This document shows, in pieces, positions 23,274 through 33,065 of a stretch of 64,000 nt of DNA. Each line of letters begins with the position of its first letter. Positions within the stretch are counted from its first letter, which is position 1. The translations under genes were made by a program, and so were the position numbers. The DNA lies in the NCBI GenBank assembly GCA_002269645.1, contig NIVC01003781.1:13075-77074 (forward strand), written 5' to 3'. This DNA is from Macrostomum lignano. Its lineage: Eukaryota. A model generated the notes under the pieces. It had not been told where the DNA came from, searched no databases, and was given only the letters and a program-made list of their open reading frames with translations.

Positions 23274-24002
23274 TCAGTTGAATGGCGACGCGCACTCGCA
23301 GAGGCCGAAGCTGGCCGATGTCAGATCCGTAAGGCCGTCCCTGCCGTTCATAGCGGCGAGTTTGTCCTGTCCACCTTTGTCATTTGGCTCATTGGGATGC
23401 CACAGGCTGCTGTCCATGGAGATGTTGCAGCTCAGCCAGTGCCAGCCACCGCTGGGTTCGATGCTACCTGGAGCTTGGAAGCCTCCGAGCCACATGGGAC
23501 TTGAGCCTGTGTGCAGTGACCGGATCTGATTCACTTGGGCCAACTCCTCCGTGCTCGTCACGTCCGCCATGATCACCAGACCGCTCTCCGACTCGCATGT
23601 CGATTTTATGTCGTCCCACGAGCCGCTGACCACCTTGTACTTGACTCCACACAAGTCGTCTCCGTATCCGGGCGGACACAGCAGTCCCGCCGGCAGTCCC
23701 GGCTGCTGCCTCACGAACACCCGGCCTCGTCTCGAGCAGCCGCAGTCCCTCACAGACTTGCTGCACTTGTTGAACTCGAACAGCTGGCACGGACCGTCGG
23801 ACAGGCTGAAGGCCTGGCACTGCGGCCTCAGGCGGCACAGAATGGCGCACTGCAGCTCCGAAGCGGCTCCAGCAAAGGTTCGGACGAAGTCGCTATTGAT
23901 GCACAGGGAGCCGTCAATCGGAGAGAACTTGGTGCTGCACTGCGAAGCGGCAGCAAGTTTCAAAAACAACGCAGTCGCTTGCAGCAAAAGCAGCGAGTGC
24001 AT
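23274..24002 (-). CDS. PAN + C-type lectin copy 6 (242 aa, intact, EPN)
   Basis: Same architecture; closest to copy 2 over the CTLD and 3' flank. Confidence 0.88.
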   Translation of the reverse strand: MHSLLLLQATALFLKLAAASQCSTKFSPIDGSLCINSDFVRTFAGAASELQCAILCRLRPQCQAFSLSDGPCQLFEFNKCSKSVRDCGCSRRGRVFVRQQPGLPAGLLCPPGYGDDLCGVKYKVVSGSWDDIKSTCESESGLVIMADVTSTEELAQVNQIRSLHTGSSPMWLGGFQAPGSIEPSGGWHWLSCNISMDSSLWHPNEPNDKGGQDKLAAMNGRDGLTDLTSASFGLCECASPFN

Positions 24003-25059
24003 CGCGATGCTGTCTGTCGCTCTGGAATAAGCTCTGCCTAGCTTGGAGCTCTGAGCTCCGAGTCCGCTTTATCTGCTGCTTTCTAAATTTCTTAGTATTT
24101 GCTACTGGGTCAGCATCCAGCTGTTTTTACAGCCTCAGCTGCCAGGGGCAGAGTTTCTTCCTAATGTAAAATGCAGTCGCTTTTTCGCTCGTGCTGCTGC
24201 ATCAATTTCTGTTCATCGTCCGTTGATTTTTTTTTAAATGCGAGACAACAGATGCGAATTCGATGTTTGGCCAGCAGCAGTCTTGGCAAGTGTAACCTCT
24301 CAGATGCTAGTATTTGCCTTCACGAAAATTCTGAGCCTAACTTTTGCATTGAGGTGCAAAGCAAACAAGCAAAGCCAGGAAGCAGTGATGCTAAAAAGCA
24401 TTGGCTAACACCTGTCTGTCTCATCTGCTGAACAAAGATAGATGAGATGAGCTGACTGTGCTGTCACCATTCAGTCATTTTCAGTAGTTCTCACCGATTT
24501 ACAGGCCCGTTAGTGTGGACAGTGGGCAGATCAAGGTGGGTGATGAAGACTGGTGAAATCTGCCAATATTGACTGGCTGCAGTGACGGCAAAGGCAGAAG
24601 GACGCTTTGCTGGCAAATTGGGTTCATCGGAGGCTGGTTTTTGTTTCAAAATGCACTATTGACTTTATCAAGTTTGAAAAGTCTTTTGAAGTAGTAGATT
24701 GAAGACCTGAAAATCAAAAAATACAGGTTGTGTTCTCTAAACGGTTTTTGCACGGATTTCGGATCTCGTTGTGTGCACCCTGGCGCACTTTGAGCGACAT
24801 TGTCACACAACTGGCGAGAGGCATTACTGCCCATTCCGCCGACTCCCCTGAGCAGGCACACAAGCGTGCGGATACGTACGCAGTCATTCGCACAGGCACA
24901 CACTCACACAGGAGTGTACAGCAGCGGCCCAAAATTTTTTTCATCGGTAGGCATGTACGCTTCACTGTGCCTGGGGGGGGGGTTGGCCCTCAAGGGTGTT
25001 AATTGCATGAGCAGAGCCAAGCCAGGATTCCAAGTTGGCCCCAAATCAATGTGACTGCA

Positions 25060-25130
25060 CTTGGAATCTAGCCTGAGCCCGCTGACACATCCGCTCGCAA
25101 TAGTGCCGCGCTAGACCACTAAGCTACGGC
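25060..25130 (-). mobile_element. tRNA-like Pol III head (SINE-like), interrupted at its 5' end by a MITE
   Basis: Minus strand reads (GGACG)GCCGTAGCTTAGTGGTCTAGCGCGG...GCTAGATTCC, with an A box and a degenerate B box. Confidence 0.5.
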
Positions 25131-25312
25131 CAAGGAGTTCTATAATTAGCAACCTGGAGTGGAAACGAGTTTTTCAGTTTTACCTCACGAGGCCAGACTA
25201 GCATAGACACAGTCAGACAGAGCCATAGACATTCAGTGCTGTCTCCTTATTCTTTACTATTGGCGTGGCCTCATGAGGTAAAACTCGTTTCCGCTAATTG
25301 TAGAACTCCTTG
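25131..25312. mobile_element. 182-bp MITE with about 50-bp TIRs (CAAGGAGTTCTA...) and 7-bp TSD CTACGGC
   Basis: CAAGGAGTTCTATAATTAGC...GGAAACGAGTTTT...TTTTACCTCACGAGGCCA mirrors TGGCCTCATGAGGTAAAACTCGTTTCCGCTAATTGTAGAACTCCTTG; CTACGGC at 25124-25130 and 25313-25319. Confidence 0.8.
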
Positions 25313-25969
25313 CTACGGCCGTCCACGTTTTTACCAGAGACAAAACTCGGTCCACGGATAGCTGAAGCCGGACGCTTCAATCGTTTTTCTTAGAAACGAA
25401 CCGGAGTCCGGAAAGGACCGCATATTCATCGTATCACGAATGCATTTGGCGGACTTAAAACTGTCTTGATATCAGTCAATCAGTCAATCAACCTTGGAAA
25501 GAAGATTTCTTGCTTCAAAGCAAATTTGAATTTAAAAAGTTAAGATATAATAATATTTGCTTCACAGGCGCTATTAGTAGCATGACAAGTATTATATCGT
25601 GTAGTTACCAATAATTTTTTTGTTGCAGAAAGTGTTACGAACTCGCAGCATCTCGATCGCGAACTCTCATTTGTGAGCGAATTAGATGCGGAGCCTCATC
25701 CGGGCCGCCATGCCTGGCCCAGCTCCCGACTGAGCCGAGTTTTCTTCGAACTCCGAGCAAGTTGCAAATCCCCTCGCTTTGATGCAGCGCAGATTGCGCC
25801 TGTGCAGCGTTGAGGCTCCGGTCGTCTTAGGGGAAAAATTGGGGATCTTTCTGGGAAACTGAGCGTGCGGCTCTGCGGCCCGAGCGATGCGCCTCATTTG
25901 CCGCACCGCTGCACCCGCCGCAGCTCTCGCCCGGCTCAGTTCCCTCCCTAATCGGGTATTGCTGCTGCT

Positions 25970-26243
25970 ATAACAGTGCAATATTTCACCGAGCGTGGCC
26001 TACCAGCTTATTCGGCCAGACTTTGCTTGCACTGAAGTAGAAGGACGCTTGAGAACTCGAACATAGTGCAAATTTTGCTTCAGGCAGGCTTTCTACAAAG
26101 AATGCCGAGCATAGGATATTGTAGAATGCCAACTGAAGCCAACAGTACAGCTTCCAGGCATTTATTACTTCTTTACCATAGACAGTAGTCTGCTTGCTTA
26201 GTATAGAATATACGCTCGTAGAAAATAAATATTGCACTGTTAT
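25970..26243. repeat. 17-bp perfect inverted repeat ATAACAGTGCAATATTT bracketing about 240 bp (possible MITE)
   Basis: 25970-25986 and 26227-26243 are reverse complements; no convincing TSD. Confidence 0.5.
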
Positions 26244-26347
26244 GGAGAAATGGAAGAGCTGGGAGATCTCAGGAAGGAGAACATGGTGGTGAGGTTTCTC
26301 AGGGCGGCCCATCCGCAGTGGATCGCCTGAAGGGGACCTGTCCAAGG

Positions 26348-26348
<1 letters not shown>

Positions 26349-26408
<60 letters not shown>
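26349..26408. repeat. (CA)n microsatellite followed by a short (AAC)n
   Basis: Direct reading. Confidence 0.98.
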
Positions 26409-26410
<2 letters not shown>

Positions 26411-26725
26411 AACAACAACAACAACAAAATGCGCTGCCCCGCATGCAAGGTCACAGCTAGAGCAGGGTGCGTCAGATGGCACGCCGCAGGGCCTGAGAGC
26501 TCCGCCCCGTTGGCAGTTGTTGTGTTCTAGTTGATTGATTAAATTCAATTCAGTTGGAGACACTTGAGTCTCGCTCAATATATTTATACTCATGTGCACG
26601 TTGAAAACAGTGTTACGCAATCGAAACAACGATACCATGATTGAACGCACGATGCATATAAGGTAATTGAACAATTCTAGCCTCAAAGTTAGTTAGTTAC
26701 AACACCTAGGCCCGATGCACAGTCA

Positions 26726-29700
26726 CTACATTCTCCCCCCTTCCGGAAGAGGATAACGCGCCGGTTGCCGTCGAGCTCGAGTTGACCTTCGAAGCTCAGG
26801 TGGAGGTGGCGGCTCGCCCGTCCGTGGGGGCGGAGCCGGCGGCAGCGGCAAATCGAACCAGTCATCCTCTTGGTCGGCCGCGCCGTTGTCAGCCGGTGGG
26901 CTGTTGCACTTAACCAGCCGACTCGCTTGCCCCTTTGTACAGTCGGCCAGCACGACGGTGTTGAGCCCTGCTTTGGAGGAGATCTTTAGCGGTTCCTTCA
27001 GTCGGGTCGCCAGCTTGTGCGCTCGGTGCGGCGTCTGTCGCCAGACCCAGTCTCCGGCCTGGAGCATAGAGTCACGAGCTCGCCTTCGCTTGTTGGTGTA
27101 GTCGGCATTCTTGGCTTGCCTCTGTGCGATACTGTCTCGCAGGTCGCTGTCGTCCCGCTGTTGCACTGGAGTTGGCCTGAGCAGCTGCAGTCCGGACCGC
27201 AGCTTGCGCCCGATCATCAGCTCGGCTGGAGTCAGCCCGGTGAGAGCGTGCTGGCTGGTCCTGTAGGTCTTGAGCACCAGGTCGATGGCGTCCTCGAACT
27301 TCGCTCCCGCCCTCAGGTTCGCTGCCAGGCCCTCCTTCAGACTCCGGTTGAATCGCTCGACTCCGCCGTTGCCTTGCGGGTAGTACCGGCTCACTCGGCT
27401 GTGCTTGATGCCCTCGGCTCGCAGGAACTCTTCGAACTCGTCGCTGACGAACTGGGGTCCGTTGTCGCTGATCAGCATCTTCGGGACTCCCCACCGGCCG
27501 AATAGCTTCCGAAGCGTCTTGATGATGTTGGCAGAGGTGACGGTTTCCATGGCTGCAATCTCCGGCCACTTGCTGTACAGGTCGTGGATCACCAGTAGAA
27601 ACCGCTGGTGTCGAGGAGCCGCGGCGACCTCGCCGAAGATGTCGATCTCGACCTTGTCCCACGGTCCATCTGGCCACTCGATTGGTGTCACGATCGTCTG
27701 TTGAGGCTTGCCGGACTTCTCGGCCAGAGTGCAGGCCGTGCAGTTCTTGACGTAGTCCTCCACCTGCCGGTCAATTCCAGGAAACCAGACCGTGTCGCGG
27801 CACCGCTGCTTTGACCGAACGACGCCCGGATGCCCTTCGTGGGCCTCCTCGATGACTTGAAGTCGCAGGCTCGTCGGGATGATCGCGCGTTCACCACGAC
27901 CGAGGCACTGACCGTTGTTCCAGCAGAACAGCTCGTCCCGGACGTTGAAGTACGGCTTTAGAGAGCTGTCCACCTTCGATGGCCAGCCGCCCGAGATGTA
28001 CTGCAAAACCGCCTGCAGCACTTCGTCCTCCTTGGTCGCCGTTGCCAGTGCGTCTGCCGTCAGCGTTGTCTTCGAGTCGACGACTGCGTAGACGTAGCCC
28101 TCCTCGTCGGTCTCCTCGGCTGGAACGCGCTCCGTCGTGGCCCATCTGGACAGCATGTCCGCGCACTTGTTGTCAGCGCCAGGGATGTGCTCAAACCGGA
28201 CGTCGTAGCCGCGAAGTCTCTCGACCCATCGATGAATGCGAAGAGGCCTGTGCCCCATGCCTTTCGAGTCGAGCAGAGTTGTCAGGGCCTTGTGGTCGGT
28301 GCGCAGCGTTACTCGTCTGCCGTATAGATAGTAGTGCCAGCGTTCGATGCTCCATACACAGGCCAGGGCTTCTCGCTCTCCGGCTGAGTATCGCTTTTCC
28401 GCTGGGCTGAGTGCTCTCGATGCGAACGCGATTGGCACCTCTTTTTCGTTTTGTACTTGGCTGAGCACTGCCCCCAGTCCGTCTAGACTTGCATCGCAGG
28501 TGACGTACGTCTCAGCTTGGCAGTCAAAATGAGCTAACACTGGGCTGCTGGTTACGGCTGACTTGAGTGTACGGAAGGCTGTACGTTCCCGCTCACCCCA
28601 GTGCCAGTCCGCGTCCTTTTTGAGCAGTTGTCTCAGAGGCTCGGCAATTGCTGAGTAATGCGGTATGAACTTGTGCAAAAAGTTCACTGCTCCGAGAAAC
28701 GATTGAATTTGCGCGACCGTTGATGGCTCAGGAATTCTTAGAATTGCGTCGACGTTGCACTTGGTCGGTTTGATGCCGTCTGCAGAGATGACCAATCCGA
28801 AGAAATCCACGCTCGCCTGCCGGAATTTGCACTTCTCTCGATTGAGTGTGAAGCCTTCGCGATGAATCCGCCCTAGGACTTCTCGGAGGTTCTTGTCGTG
28901 CTCAGTCTCGTCCTTGCCGTGCACCAGGATGTCGTCCACGATGTTGATGGCGCCAGGAGCTCCTCGAAGCACCGTCTGCAGGGCTCGCTGGAAGGCAGCT
29001 CCGGAGCTAGATAGCCCGAATGGCACCACGGTGAACTGGTACAGGCCGGCATCGGTGATGAAGCACGTCAGTCCTCGAGAGTCTGGATGCAGCGGAATCT
29101 GCTGGTAGCCTTGACGCAGGTCCAGCTTGCTGAAGCACTTCGAGCCGTTGATGCTGGCCGATAGGTCCTCGATTGACGGTACCGGATAGCGGTCCGCGAT
29201 CACCGCCTTGTTGACCTGCCGCAGATCCACGCAGAGACGAACCTTGTTGGACTCCTTCTTGCGCGTCACGACAACGTTGCTAACCCACTCGGACGCGTCG
29301 ACCTTCTCAATGATGCCCTGTTGCTCCATCCGGCTGATCTCTGACGTCACTTCGTCCTTCAGGCCGATCGGCAGCTTCCGCATTGGCTGAGACACTGGCT
29401 TGACCGAGGCGTCGATCTTTGTCCGGTGAATGAAGCTCTTGGACCGGCCCAGACCGTCGAAGATTCCGGGGAAGTCGCGCTCGATCGTAGTCTCGCTGAT
29501 GCTCATCACTCTGTTGTCACCTTGGAAGATTTTGAATCCGAGGGCCTGAAACAGGTCGCGGCCCAGGATGTTCGCTCCTTTGTCGGCGACGTAGAATGTG
29601 GCTTCTGTCCTGATGCCGTTGAACGTCACTGGAAGCTCGACCTTGCCGATGGTCTTGATCGCAGATCCGCCGTATGCCTCCAGTTTTGTGCTCGTCGGAA

Positions 29701-29916
29701 GCAGCGGGTGCCTAGCGAAGGACTTCTTGAACGTCTCCATGTTGAGCAACGAAACGGCAGCACCGCAGTCGATTTGCAGTCGAATCAGCTGTCCGCCCAG
29801 ACGGCATTCGCAGAATAAGCTGTCTGTGCTCTTGTTGTTCACGGCCAGGACCGTCAGACTGGACTCTGCAGGCTCTTTGGTGTCGATCGCAGAGACCGCT
29901 TTCATGCGGCACATTT
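26726..29916 (-). CDS. Gypsy pol (protease IDCGA, RT IVDD, RNase H, integrase HHCC + DDE)
   Basis: LQIDCGAAVSLL; FSKLDLRQGYQQIPL; INIVDDILV; TCDASLDGLGAVL; HEGHPG...CTAC; IDIFG, ISDNGPQF, VERFNR. Stop TAG lies inside the 3' LTR. Confidence 0.93.
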
Positions 29917-30627
29917 CGCGAAATGGTTCGTCTTGCCGCATCGTCTGCATTTCTGGCCCATCGCCTTGCATTCGCCCTTGTGTCCGTGGTTGCCTCCGCA
30001 TCGAGTGCACTTTGGACCTGCTGCTGCGGTCTTCTCATGGCGAGCAGCTGGCTTCGGCTTCTTGCTCAGCGCCTTCACGTGGAGCTCTGGGCCGCTGACC
30101 TGCTTGGCATCTCTGATGGCTGCTTCGATTCGCTCAGCCTTCTTGATGGCGTCATCTAGCGTCAGATCGTCCTCCTCCATCAGGAGTCTTTCCCTAATGC
30201 GAGGTACGCAGGTTTTCTCCACAAGTTGGTCTCGAATTATTTCGTCGTGAAAGGTGCCAAATTTGCAGTTTGTTGCCAGTTCTCTCAGGGCCATCACGTA
30301 GTCTCCGATGCTCTCGCCGTCGTGCTGGGCTCGCTGCCGAAAGGCGAAGCGCTCTGCTATGACGCTTCTCGACGAGCTGAAAATCGCCTTCAGTGCCGTT
30401 TTGGTCTCCTGAAGCGACTTGCTTGCATCGACGTTTGCAGCTCGGCGGCGTCCTTCCTCACCAAGCAGATGCAGGAGGATCGCCTTTTTCCGACTCTCTG
30501 ATGCCTCTTCGAGAGCTCCAGCTACCAGGAAGTTCTCAAATGACTTGATCCACCTTGCCCATGGCACAGGAGGTTCGCCTGGTACTGGTTGAAACTCCGC
30601 TGGGTACGGGAGTCCGCTCGTCGCCAT
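29902..30627 (-). CDS. Gypsy gag with two zinc knuckles
   Basis: MATSGLPYPAEF...WARWIKSFENFL...ERFAFRQRAQHDGESIGDYVMALRELATNCKFG...IRDQLVEK...CTRCG...CRRCGKTNHFAK. Confidence 0.92.
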   Translation of the reverse strand: MATSGLPYPAEFQPVPGEPPVPWARWIKSFENFLVAGALEEASESRKKAILLHLLGEEGRRRAANVDASKSLQETKTALKAIFSSSRSVIAERFAFRQRAQHDGESIGDYVMALRELATNCKFGTFHDEIIRDQLVEKTCVPRIRERLLMEEDDLTLDDAIKKAERIEAAIRDAKQVSGPELHVKALSKKPKPAARHEKTAAAGPKCTRCGGNHGHKGECKAMGQKCRRCGKTNHFAKCAA

Positions 30628-31669
30628 TTGTTGTGTTCTAGTTGATTGATTAAATTCAATTCAGTTGGAGACACTTGAGTCTCGCTCAATATATTTATAC
30701 TCATGTGCACGTTGAAAACAGTGTTACGCAATCGAAACAACGATACCATGATTGAACGCACGATGCATATAAGGTAATTGAACAATTCTAGCCTCAAAGT
30801 TAGTTAGTTACAAAACCTAGGCCCGATGCACAGTCACTACAGCAGTGTCGGGCGCCCCTGTGTCGCATAGGAGACAGTCCACGTATCGACGGGTTTGAGC
30901 TGGACTCCGCCTGCAAGATGAGCAGCAGGACGTCCTGAACAGGTTGGGGGCAGTAGCCTTCGGCCCGGATCACGTGACCCGCCAGTTGAAGTGACCCGCC
31001 AGGCGCAGGATGATGGACAGGCGCTGCAGCTTGGCCCGATCGTACAGAGCCTCGGTCCCGACGCTTTCATCACCTCGAAAGGCCGCACGGAGCAGCCCTG
31101 AGTGCGCCGAATCCAGCTGCCGCTCCAGCGTAGCCGTCAGCGTCCGCGTCTAAGACGCCCTGCACAGACAAACCATGGGAAGCCATAGACAACAGAAATC
31201 ATTTGGGTTTTAACTTTCAGCAATTTCGGCCACAGCTGGAAGGCATGGCTAAAGTACAGAACGGCGCGCTAGAGAGGACCATGCACTAAAATCAGTCTGG
31301 TGGACAGAGAGGACAGTGAATGCATGCGTGGCGTCTCTTACCACAGACAAACGCCCGCAGCTACCATGGCAGATGAAGAAATAATTAATATTATAATAAT
31401 TTGATAGCACAAAACTACGGAGGTAGAAAAAGAAGGACAACTGCTATCTGCCAGCCATGGATGAAAAATTCTGCCAGCGCAGCTGTGGAAATTTGTCTAT
31501 GGTAGAAGTCCATCAGCGCGTGATGCCTTTTCGACTCAGTGAGCAATCCAGTTACATTCTTTCATTCATGATACGTGGCTGACTTGGAGCTGGATGTTCG
31601 TGAAAGAATCCAAATTTATTCCAAAAACCTAATTGCCTGGTGTTATCAGCACTTAGTTTACGGTGAATT

Positions 31670-32085
31670 TGGGGTGCTTTTATAAACCCGAAATTTCATA
31701 AACCCTAAATTTCACAGTTTCGAAACGGGGAACTTCATAAATCTGAAATTTTAAAATGCCGAAACTTCTCAACCTCGAAATTTCACAAACCCGAAATTTC
31801 ACAAACCCGAAATTTCACAAACTCGAAATTTTACAATTTCGAAATACACTGGAGAGAAAGGAGACTTCACAAACCCAAAATTTGACAAATTATGAAATTT
31901 CGGGCTTGTGAAATGGCTTGCTAAGGTTTTTGATGTTGTAAAATTTCGGCGCGTGAAATTTCGGGTTAATGAAATTTCGAGGTTGTGAAATTTCGAGGTT
32001 GTGAAATTTCGGTGTTGTGAAATTCGAGCCTATGAAAGACATTGTCTTTTGACATTGTGAAAATTCCGGTTTGTGAAGCGACCGC
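31670..32085. mobile_element. Foldback/MITE-like element with arrays of (AAACCCGAAATTTCAC) in inverted orientation
   Basis: Left arm repeats AAACCCGAAATTTCAC, right arm repeats GTGAAATTTCG(A/G)GTT; degenerate termini GGTGCTTTTATAAACCCG / CCGGTTTGTGAAGCGACC. Confidence 0.6.
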
Positions 32086-33065
32086 GTGACTCTGAACTCT
32101 GCGACGCACCAAACAGGAAGCCGAAAGGTTGGTACAGTTTCATGTAAATTACCGTTTGCAATAAAACTGTGAAGCTAAACCTGCTTCCTGCATTGCATTT
32201 TTGCCGGCAGACTGCTGTCTATGGAATACGAGCTAGTTTCAATTAGTCCTGAATAATCCAGCTTTTGCCGCTCATTTGGGCTCACACGCAATCCAAGATA
32301 TGTTTGCCAAACTAAAAAACTTGCTCTGTAGTTTCACCCCCAGATTTTTAATCAGACATGACTGTCGCACTTTTCAAGATGAACTTTCTCGTTTGTCTGC
32401 TACAGTTTGCTGATCAGCTGATCCGAAGTCTTGAGCTTGAAGTTTTGTCTGAACTTCAGAAATCTGCAAGGCTGGATATTGTCAATTTAGTGCTAAAGGC
32501 TGTAGAAGCTTACAGCCTTAGCAGTCCATGTATTCAAAATGTCTGACTCTCCCATCGATCGAAAAGAACAAAGACTCAACTGTATTGAGTTCTATAAAGA
32601 GTATGGTTGTATTTAGACAGGTAGTAATTAGCATTCCGTGCCTAGTCAGGAAGCGGACAGAGGGTCAGCAAAGATGGCTAGCAGTTCACTTTGAGAGGAA
32701 AATTGTCTTACATTGAATAGTGCATAGTCGAGTCAAGCAGAACACGGCTCCGGGACAAATTCGGCAGTTGTGAAGAGAAGCGACAAGGGGTTGCAAAAAC
32801 TGACAAATAAAACTGACGAAGCGGGTGCAGCGGCTCCGCCTCGGCTCAACTGATAAAAAGTCGACAGAGCTCTTTTAAAGCAGCAGAAAGCGGCGATTAG
32901 CAACAGGTTGAGGCAGCCGGGGTGGCCGCATGTTGCATGTTGAAGGCAACATTGTGCTAAGAAAACTGCAATGAAGTAATCGGAACCGCCTTTAATGGGA
33001 AAGTGCTGAGTAAACAGTTGAAGGAGTCAGTCATTTAGCGCAGTGAGATGCGTGAGCAGCTCAGA

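Larger units (their letters stand above)
26518..30841 (-). mobile_element. Full-length Ty3/Gypsy LTR retrotransposon (Mag-clade-like), 4324 bp
   Basis: 213-bp LTRs at 26518-26730 and 30629-30841 (TG...CA, one mismatch seen); 5-bp TSD GCAGT (26513-26517, 30842-30846); PBS TGGCGACGAG; PPT GGAAGGGGGGAGAA; order gag-PR-RT-RH-IN. Confidence 0.97.
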
